From NCBI GenBank assembly GCA_016209225.1, contig JACQWO010000025.1, positions 14,548 to 78,547 on the forward strand: DNA of 64,000 nucleotides, given 5' to 3'. The notes under the pieces were generated by a model, which saw only the letters and a list, made by a program, of their open reading frames with translations, made no database searches and was not told the origin of the DNA. Source of the stretch: Desulfobacterales bacterium (GTDB taxonomy: Bacteria; Desulfobacterota; UBA8473). Positions 18,183 through 24,882 of this stretch are shown one piece after another (position 1 is the first letter of the stretch; every line of letters begins with the position of its first letter). The position numbers and the translations under genes are program-made.

Positions 18183-20573
18183 ATGCAGTGCCCGGCGAAA
18201 CCGCTCCATTCTGTGCTCCTGTCTGTGCTGGTCGTGCTTGCGTTCCTCCTGTGCGGGGCGGCCTCCCAGCCGATCTATAAACCCCTCTCTTTACCCTCCC
18301 TGAGCGGGGAACAGCTTACGGGTCTCGACTCCCTCGTGGAAACCGCGATCAGGGAAGGAAAAACCCCGGGCGCCGTTGTCCTTATCGGCAACCGGGAGGA
18401 AATCCTTTACTCCCGCGCCTTAGGTTTCCGGTCACTTGATCCGGAGAAGGTAGCCATGAGCGAGGACACCATTTTCGATCTTGCCTCGCTTACCAAGGTG
18501 ATTGCTACCTCGACCGCGGTCATGCAACTAGCCGAGAAAGGAATCCTCAATATTGACGCTCCGGCAGCGAGGTACTGGCCCGCCTTCGGTAAGAACGGCA
18601 AGAAGCGGATCACGATTCGCCAGCTCCTTACCCATTATTCCGGTCTCCGGGCCAACCTGAAGCTGAAACCGGGCTGGTCCGGATATGAAGCCGCCATGAG
18701 GAAAATCATAGCGGAAAAGCCCTTGCGTCCTCCTGGATCGGGTTTTATCTACAGCGATATGAATTTCGAGGCCTTGGGAGAGATCGTACGCCATGTATCG
18801 GGATTGCCGCTCGATCAGTACTGCGCGCGGCATATCTTCACGCCGCTCGGGATGAAGGAAACGGGATTTAAGATTTCTGCCGACCTCAGGAACCGCATCG
18901 CACCCACGGAGTATCGGAAAAACAGGCTTATCTGTGGAGAGGCACACGATCCCGTATGTTACTTAATGGGAGGGATCGCCGGGCATGCCGGCCTGTTCTC
19001 CAGCGCCGCCGATCTCTCGATCTTCGCGCGTATGCTCCTGCAGGGAGGCGAATACGGAGGTGCCAGAATTCTCTCCCCCCATACCATCGAGACGATGACC
19101 ATCCCCCAGTCTCCGGGAGTCAGGAACGCACGGGGGCTGGGATGGAATATCGAGGCGCCCTTTGCCTCGAACAGGAACGAGCTTCCCTCGGCGGGCGCGT
19201 TCGGACATCTGGGGCACACCGGGACCTCGCTCTGGATTGATCCGGTGACGGGAGTCTACGTGATTTTGCTCACCAACCGGGTACATCCCGACGGCAAGGG
19301 GGACGTGAAGGAGCTCAGGGTGCAGATCAGAGGCCTGATCTCCAGTGCCCTCGGGCCGCTCTCGGAGACGCAGATCCTTGCCAAAAGACCTACCCTTTCC
19401 CGATACTTCGAAAAGATTGGTCACGGGACCTCCGGCCGGCGGGCAGAGATGGTTGCTACGGGTATCGATGTCCTCAAAGAGAGCGGATTTCCCCTCTTGA
19501 AGGGAAAACGTATCGGGCTCATCACGAACCACACGGGTCTTGATTCCTCAGGGACCCGCACGCTCGACCTGCTGCGCAGGGCAAAAGGGATAAGACTAGC
19601 GGCAGTCTTCAGTCCTGAGCACGGCCTGTACGGAGATGCCGACGCAAAGATTGCCTCGCAGCGGGATCCGGCAACGAACCTCACTGTCTACAGTCTTTAC
19701 GGAGACCAGCGGCGGCCCACGCCGAAAATGTTCGCGGGGCTAGACGCCATTGTCTTTGATATTCAGGATGTGGGGGTCCGCTTCTACACCTATATCACCA
19801 CCATGGGATATGCGTTGGAAGCCGCGGCCAAGGCGCGGATTCCTTTCTATGTCCTCGACCGGCCCAACCCCCTTACCGCCATCCGGGTACAGGGGCCGGT
19901 GATGGACAGGGAGATGAAGTCCTTTACCGGATATTTTCCCATGCCGGTGCGCCACGGTATGACCGTAGGAGAGCTGGCAGGACTCTTCAACGGCGAGTAC
20001 GATATTGGGGCGGAGCTGCATGTCGTGAAGATGAAGGGATACCGCCGGGATGCCTGGTTTGACGAGACGGGACTGATGTGGGTAAACCCTTCGCCCAACC
20101 TTAGGAGTATCACGGAAGCCGCTCTCTATCCCGGGGTCGCCATGGTAGAGGGCGCGAATGTGAGCGTCGGCCGGGGGACCAGCACCCCCTTCGAGCTTTT
20201 CGGCGCGCCATGGGTCCGCGGACGGGAGCTTGCGGATTACCTCAATCTCCGGAAAATTGAGGGCGTCGAGTTTCTTCCCGTCGAATTCACACCCGAGAGT
20301 TCCCTCTACAAAGGAAGTACCTGCCGCGGCACGCGCATCCTCCTGAAAGATCGCGGCACACTGGACTCTGGGCTTCTCGGGATCGAGATCATAAGCGCGC
20401 TTTACCGGCTCTTTCCGCAGGATTTCAAGATCGACGAGACGCTCGCCTCGATAGGCTCGCAGCAGATTCTGGAGGCAATCAAGGACGGAGTGAATCCGCG
20501 GACGATTGCGCTCCTGTGGAAGGAGCCGCTCAAACATTTCCTCGGGCTGAGGGAAAAGTACCTGCTTTATTGA
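18183..20573 (+). CDS. Serine hydrolase (beta-lactamase/PBP4-like fold) fused to DUF1343 (NamZ-like exo-beta-N-acetylmuramidase) domain
   Basis: Signal peptide, then the SxxK motif ASLTKVIATS and the YSDMNF region. The C-terminal about 400 aa carry the conserved DUF1343 sequence (GLITNHTGLD, VFDIQDVGVRFYTY, GEYDIG). Start set at 18183 to avoid overlap. Confidence 0.7.
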   Translation: MQCPAKPLHSVLLSVLVVLAFLLCGAASQPIYKPLSLPSLSGEQLTGLDSLVETAIREGKTPGAVVLIGNREEILYSRALGFRSLDPEKVAMSEDTIFDLASLTKVIATSTAVMQLAEKGILNIDAPAARYWPAFGKNGKKRITIRQLLTHYSGLRANLKLKPGWSGYEAAMRKIIAEKPLRPPGSGFIYSDMNFEALGEIVRHVSGLPLDQYCARHIFTPLGMKETGFKISADLRNRIAPTEYRKNRLICGEAHDPVCYLMGGIAGHAGLFSSAADLSIFARMLLQGGEYGGARILSPHTIETMTIPQSPGVRNARGLGWNIEAPFASNRNELPSAGAFGHLGHTGTSLWIDPVTGVYVILLTNRVHPDGKGDVKELRVQIRGLISSALGPLSETQILAKRPTLSRYFEKIGHGTSGRRAEMVATGIDVLKESGFPLLKGKRIGLITNHTGLDSSGTRTLDLLRRAKGIRLAAVFSPEHGLYGDADAKIASQRDPATNLTVYSLYGDQRRPTPKMFAGLDAIVFDIQDVGVRFYTYITTMGYALEAAAKARIPFYVLDRPNPLTAIRVQGPVMDREMKSFTGYFPMPVRHGMTVGELAGLFNGEYDIGAELHVVKMKGYRRDAWFDETGLMWVNPSPNLRSITEAALYPGVAMVEGANVSVGRGTSTPFELFGAPWVRGRELADYLNLRKIEGVEFLPVEFTPESSLYKGSTCRGTRILLKDRGTLDSGLLGIEIISALYRLFPQDFKIDETLASIGSQQILEAIKDGVNPRTIALLWKEPLKHFLGLREKYLLY

Positions 20574-20731
20574 ACCCGGCAGCCACCGGTTCCTTCATCG
20601 GCGAGATACTGCACCAGTGCTTTTTCTTTTGTCCTTGCAATTTATGGCTCAGGGTGTATACTTATCCAAAAGAGGAAGGCAGGTTTATAATGCCATGACC
20701 TTTTTAAATTTACAGTTAATGAAAGTGAAAA

Positions 20732-21154
20732 ATGAAAAGTCTTAGACGTGGTGGTAAGTTTGGCAAAAAGGATTCAAATATGTCCGATAGAGGGGTTTCA
20801 AAAAGGCCTTCTCGGGGAGGTTTTAGCAGGGGCGGAGGAAGGGATTCGGAAAGGCCTGCTTTTGACAAGCAGATGTACAAGGCTACCTGCCAAAAATGCG
20901 GGGACAACTGCGAGGTTCCGTTTAAGCCTACCGGAGGTAGACCCATCTACTGCCGGGATTGTTTTAGGACAATGGAAGGTTCCGAATCGCCAAGACCAAA
21001 ACAGTTTGGAAAACGCGAATATCCCAGATCAAGGCGTCCCGACAATTTTAAGAAAAGTGAATACTCCGAATCAGCAAGGCCCGATCAATTCAAGAGGGAA
21101 CTGGACCAGATAAACTCAAAGCTGGATAAGATTTTAAGAGCACTGGAAGATTAA
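20732..21154 (+). CDS. Arg/Gly-rich zinc-ribbon protein (CxxC-x16-CxxC) with a C-terminal coiled coil
   Basis: RGGFSRGGGRDSERPAFD...CQKCGDNCEVPFKPTGGRPIYCRDCF, then low-complexity RP/K-rich repeats. Confidence 0.5.
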   Translation: MKSLRRGGKFGKKDSNMSDRGVSKRPSRGGFSRGGGRDSERPAFDKQMYKATCQKCGDNCEVPFKPTGGRPIYCRDCFRTMEGSESPRPKQFGKREYPRSRRPDNFKKSEYSESARPDQFKRELDQINSKLDKILRALED

Positions 21155-21322
21155 TAAATCTTATTTTATGACCAAAAAGAAAAGCTTGACGGCTTGTTGC
21201 CCAAACCCATTCATAGCCATATATCTGTTGCACCAGACAGGCCAGAACCGCTCGCTGATGAGTAGCAGGTTGGGCCTAAAATATATTTAATTAATGCCCA
21301 AAATAACATATAATACACATAC

Positions 21323-21571
21323 ATGGTTAAAACCGGATACAAATTCACCGAATACTTTGAGAAAGAGGTTCTGAGAAAACGGCCGTATATAAAAAAAGAA
21401 TGGTGTGTCAGCGTGATAGAACGACCGCTCAGAGTTGAGCCGCAAGAACATAACCGCTTCCGGTTCTGGGGTGTGATTCCAGAACTTGAGGGCCGAATAA
21501 TACGAGTTATTACGTTAAGCGACAAGAAAACCATTCACAATGCATTTCCAGATAGGGGGTTCAAATCATGA
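21323..21571 (+). CDS. DUF4258-family small toxin-like protein
   Basis: 82 aa, overlapping the DUF2283 gene by 4 nt. The family assignment rests on size and gene arrangement. Confidence 0.45.
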   Translation: MVKTGYKFTEYFEKEVLRKRPYIKKEWCVSVIERPLRVEPQEHNRFRFWGVIPELEGRIIRVITLSDKKTIHNAFPDRGFKS

Positions 21572-21783
21572 AATTAAACTACTATCCGGAGACCGATTCT
21601 CTATATATAGACCTATCAGAAAAATCAAGTGTAGAGAGTCGCGAGATTTCCGAAGGTGTTGTCCTTGACTATGATGCAGAAGGTATTCTGGTGGGTATCG
21701 ATATCGACAATGCCAGCACAAAAGTCCAGCTAAAAGAGTTAAGCCTTCGAAAACTGCCAGCAGATATAAAGGCAGTGGCATAG
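21568..21783 (+). CDS. DUF2283-family protein (antitoxin-like partner)
   Basis: MKLNYYPETDSLYIDL...GVVLDYDAEGILVGIDIDNAS is the canonical DUF2283 signature. Confidence 0.6.
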   Translation: MKLNYYPETDSLYIDLSEKSSVESREISEGVVLDYDAEGILVGIDIDNASTKVQLKELSLRKLPADIKAVA

Positions 21784-21829
21784 CCAATCAATCCAGCGAA
21801 TCGGCCTTAAATCCGGCCTCCCGCTGATT

Positions 21830-21925
21830 GCTTCGTTTCCCCCCTCGCTCCGCTCGGGGGGAATGCGGCGCTGAGCGGTTGTGCCTGCCCTCCGCTTCGC
21901 TCCGGGAGAACCAGGCACAGGAGAC
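21830..21925 (-). repeat. REP-like structured element, 5'-truncated copy in inverted orientation
   Basis: The reverse complement equals the right two-thirds of the 125-bp unit: GTCTCCTGTGCCTGGTTCTCCCGGAGCGAAGCGGAGGGCAGGCACAACCGCTCAGCGCCGCATTCCCCCCGAGCGGAGCGAGGGGGGAA. Confidence 0.6.
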
Positions 21926-21929
21926 AAAG

Positions 21930-22304
21930 ATGAAAGTTTCGGAACTGTTCGATCCTGCCATCAAGGGAAAGAAATCGGGAACGGAACGGCATCACCTTTT
22001 CCCCAAGAATTATCTGAAGAAAATGAATATAACCGAAATCCGCGATACGAATCAGATCGCCAACTATGCCTTAGTCGAATGGTCCGATAATATCGAAATC
22101 TCCGACAGCTCGCCTGAAGAGTACTTGCCGCAGTATATTGACCGCTTCAGCCTGGATGAACTGAAAGACATGTACTACTGGCACGCTCTGTCGGATGGTT
22201 GGGAAAACATGGCCTATGAGAAATTTCTTAAAACCCGTCGAAATGGGATGGCAAAGGTAATTCGTGACGGATTCCAGAAGTTATGCGACTTGTCCGATCA
22301 ATGA
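21930..22304 (+). CDS. Stand-alone DUF1524-like (GmrSD C-terminal HNH-type nuclease) domain protein, probably a truncated remnant
   Basis: ERHHLFPKNYL...IANYALVEWSDNIEIS resembles the DUF1524 H..P and N motifs. No DUF262 half is present. The RBS AGGAGA and ATG sit immediately after the REP-like fragment. Confidence 0.4.
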   Translation: MKVSELFDPAIKGKKSGTERHHLFPKNYLKKMNITEIRDTNQIANYALVEWSDNIEISDSSPEEYLPQYIDRFSLDELKDMYYWHALSDGWENMAYEKFLKTRRNGMAKVIRDGFQKLCDLSDQ

Positions 22305-22419
22305 GGAGGTAAAACATGGAAACCAAGACGTACTTGGGGCCGTTGTTCCTATTTGATCTTTTTCTTGTGTGAGAGGTGGCATATACGAACGCAGAGATCG
22401 GAGAGATTTTTGGAAATAA

Positions 22420-22824
22420 TCAAAACTTTGTAAAGGCTCCTGATATGCTTATCTCTTTCTGTATTCCGTATTTCTCCATCCTCCGACGGAGGCTGTTTCT
22501 GTTTATACCCAGTAATGTAGCTGCTTTAACCTGATTCCCTTTTGTTTTTTCCAGTGCCTTTATTACCAGTATCTTTTCCAGATAAGAGAACGTGTCTAAA
22601 TCTTCTTTTGTCGAGAGGGAAGATGCCACTTTGAGAAGTCTATCTAAAATCCCATTCAACCCATAGTCCAGATTCTCCTCTTCCCTTAAGGAATAAACTC
22701 CGTTCGTATCCTCCTCAAAAGAGATGTCTTCAGGGATGATAATATTACTCTTACATCTAATAATAGCCTTCTTGACAACATTCTCAAGCTCTCTGACATT
22801 GCCGGGCCAATGATAACCCATCAA
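22420..22824 (-). pseudogene. Sigma54-dependent activator, C-terminal fragment (134 aa): end of the AAA+ domain plus the Fis-type HTH
   Basis: About 80% identical to the C-terminus of the intact regulator gene 27840-29285 (YHWPGNVRELENVVKKAIIRCKS...LLGINRNSLRRRMEKYG). There is no receiver or Walker region, so I call it a remnant. Confidence 0.6.
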
Positions 22825-22893
22825 CAGTATTTGGGGTCAGGCTTCGGTAATTAGGTATTGACATTCTTATCGTTCTTTGATAGACAGTTATTT

Positions 22894-23868
22894 ATGGCTC
22901 GTAGACCTCGAATTCATTTTCCAGGAGCTTTGTATCATGTCATCACTAGAGGGAATCGAAGACAGGGGATATTCCTTGATGAAAAAGATTTGGAGAAGTT
23001 CCTTGCCTATATTGTGGATTATAAGTCCAGACACTCTTTCCATCTTTATGCTTACGCTTTGATGAAAAATCATCTCCACCTTCTTGTGGAGGTTGAAGAG
23101 ACACCTTTGAGCAAAATCATGCAATCTCTCTTGTTTCGTTATACGCGTTATTTTAATAGGCGATATGGTGAGGTGGGGCATCTTTTTCAGGGACGATATA
23201 AGGCGATTGTGTGTGACAAGGATGCTTATCTTTTAGAATTGGTTCGCTATATTCATTTGAACCCCGTTCGGGCAAAAATTGTGAATATGCCTGAAGATTA
23301 TGGGTGGACTGGTCACCTCAGTTATTTGGGAAGAGGTAGGAATGATTTAATTGATGAGGGTTTTATGTTAGATCAATTGAGCAGGGACATATCTTTGGCG
23401 AGGCGGAGATACCGTCAATTTGTATGGGAAGGGATTGCAAGTGGGCACCAGGAGAAATACTACGAGGTCAAAGATCAGCGGTATCTTGGAGAGGACAGTT
23501 TCATTAATCAGATCGAAGTGGGAAGGAACAAGCCTGAAAGCTGGGTTTATGATGTTCCACTGGAAGCTATATCTCAGGAGGTGAGCAGAGTTACAGGGAT
23601 TACGGAAGAGAGGTTGTACTCTGGGACGAGAGATCGCGAAGGGGCGCGTGGGAGGGGCTTAGTGGCATACTTGGCCAAGACGGTATCGAATTATATGGTG
23701 AAAGATATAGCCAGCCATTTCAAGCGGAGTCCTGTTACTATAGGAGAGGCAATCATCAAGGTTGAAGATATTCTGAAGAGTGATAGTTCATTCGAGAAGG
23801 AGCTAACACGCATGGGGGAGAATCTGATCCAGGGGAGGAAGAGAAAATACCGTATTTCCGTTGCCTGA
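22894..23868 (+). CDS. IS200-like Y1 (HUH) transposase domain fused to a DnaA domain-IV-like HTH (second, low-GC copy)
   Basis: MARRPRIHFPGALYHVITRGNRRQ...YALMKNHLHLL...RYIHLNPVRA. The C-terminus LVAYLAKTVSNYMVKDIASHFKRSPVTIGEAIIKVEDIL resembles DnaA domain IV. The track ORF starts at a TTG at 22858. Confidence 0.7.
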   Translation: MARRPRIHFPGALYHVITRGNRRQGIFLDEKDLEKFLAYIVDYKSRHSFHLYAYALMKNHLHLLVEVEETPLSKIMQSLLFRYTRYFNRRYGEVGHLFQGRYKAIVCDKDAYLLELVRYIHLNPVRAKIVNMPEDYGWTGHLSYLGRGRNDLIDEGFMLDQLSRDISLARRRYRQFVWEGIASGHQEKYYEVKDQRYLGEDSFINQIEVGRNKPESWVYDVPLEAISQEVSRVTGITEERLYSGTRDREGARGRGLVAYLAKTVSNYMVKDIASHFKRSPVTIGEAIIKVEDILKSDSSFEKELTRMGENLIQGRKRKYRISVA

Positions 23869-23932
23869 CCCCATTCTTCTGGACCCCATTCTTCTGCATT
23901 CTTCCTTGACCCCATTCTTCCTAAATTTTTCA
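23869..23932 (+). repeat. Three direct repeats of GACCCCATTCTTC immediately 3' of the Y1/DnaA-IV gene
   Basis: tgACCCCATTCTTCtggACCCCATTCTTCtgcattcttccttgACCCCATTCTTCc. Confidence 0.5.
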
Positions 23933-24029
23933 ATATGTTATGATTCCTCTTTGGCTAACTTTAATAAAGTCCAAAAATCCTTTAAAAATGTGGGGTTACG
24001 TTATTACTTAACGTAGTAGTATTAGTTAA

Positions 24030-24233
24030 TTGCCCGATTCCAGTAAAATGACAAGAAGAGAAACAAAGAATATAACAGGTCTTACCAGGATTGAAGGCAT
24101 TCCCTATCACGATGCGTGGGTAGGTTTTATCTGTCTTTCTTGCGGCTTACTCAATAACATTCGAATCGGGCTTCAGCTTTTAGACCCTAAAACCACATAC
24201 GAAACTGCTGAAATCATACTGGAAGCAATGTAA
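24030..24233 (+). CDS. Small ORF with a CxxC pair; possibly the frameshifted N-terminal part of the HNH endonuclease
   Basis: ...GFICLSCGLL... The +1 frame stays open across the ORF's stop codon and encodes further CxxC pairs (CNACGRILP...CRSCKG) that lead into the HNH ORF. Confidence 0.25.
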   Translation: MPDSSKMTRRETKNITGLTRIEGIPYHDAWVGFICLSCGLLNNIRIGLQLLDPKTTYETAEIILEAM

Positions 24234-24249
24234 TGCTTGCGGCCGAATT

Positions 24250-24879
24250 TTGCCCTTTGCTGCATTTAGCAAACATTCAGGGTGGGGGCCACTTGAACGG
24301 CAAATGGAATGCAGGAGCTGTAAAGGCGCAATAAATGCAGTGCTGAATCCGAAACGAACCAGAGAGCAATTACACGAATCATCGGTCAGGAGAAGGATTG
24401 CGGATTTATTGCTGGAAGGGGAAAACGAAACAGTTGATATAGCGGATTTGTTTAAAAGATTTGGCAGTCGTTGCTTTAAGACAAAGCAACTGCTTGATAT
24501 TAAGAAAAGAGATTCTTGGGCGATTGACCATATCTTGCCTTCAAGATGGCTCTATCCCTTGACAAAAGAAAATGCAGCATTGTTATCAACTGAAGCGAAC
24601 AACAATAAACGAGATAAATGGCCAAGTGAGTTTTATACCAACAACGAATTGATTGAACTTGCCAAAATAACTGGAGCAGATTTAGGATTGTTATCCAGCA
24701 AAACCCCTATCATCAATACCGATATCAATGTCGGTAAATGTGTTGAACGGTATTTGCAAGTCAGGGAAAGGTCTCATTTGCCAAAAAGAATTAATGAGTT
24801 GAAGAAAATTCTGAAAGATTACAATCTTGTTGATAAACTCTCTCGAAGGAATAAAAAATTGTTGGGATTTACTAAGTAA
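24250..24879 (+). CDS. HNH endonuclease (putative restriction nuclease), probably disrupted at its 5' end
   Basis: WAIDHILPSRW...STEANNNKRDKWP is an HNH motif. Zinc-ribbon CxxC pairs lie upstream. There is no in-frame ATG until residue 18; the track start is a TTG. It converges on the methyltransferase gene with a 3-nt gap. Confidence 0.5.
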   Translation: MPFAAFSKHSGWGPLERQMECRSCKGAINAVLNPKRTREQLHESSVRRRIADLLLEGENETVDIADLFKRFGSRCFKTKQLLDIKKRDSWAIDHILPSRWLYPLTKENAALLSTEANNNKRDKWPSEFYTNNELIELAKITGADLGLLSSKTPIINTDINVGKCVERYLQVRERSHLPKRINELKKILKDYNLVDKLSRRNKKLLGFTK

Positions 24880-24882
24880 ATT

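Noticed and set aside
16339-20537. Long antisense ORFs in the GC-rich island (16339-16860, 17765-18163, 18963-19532, 19740-20537 on minus; 17089-17307 on plus)
   Set aside because: High GC suppresses stop codons on all frames. Each overlaps a gene with clear family motifs on the other strand.
21739-21927. Track ORFs 21739-21927, 21807-21995, 46270-46482, 46136-46381, 47999-48262, 49236-49640 and 49633-49839 encoding ...PVPGSPGAKRRAGTTAQRR..PPERSEGG... peptides
   Set aside because: They lie entirely within copies of the REP-like structured repeat (both strands of the palindrome). The reading frames are open only because of the GC-rich symmetric sequence, and each has no RBS. Not genes.
24030-24233. 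Treating 24030-24233 as an independent controller (C-protein) gene of the RM system
   Set aside because: No HTH is evident. The adjacent +1 frame continues with further zinc-ribbon cysteines into the HNH ORF, which favours a single frameshifted nuclease gene.
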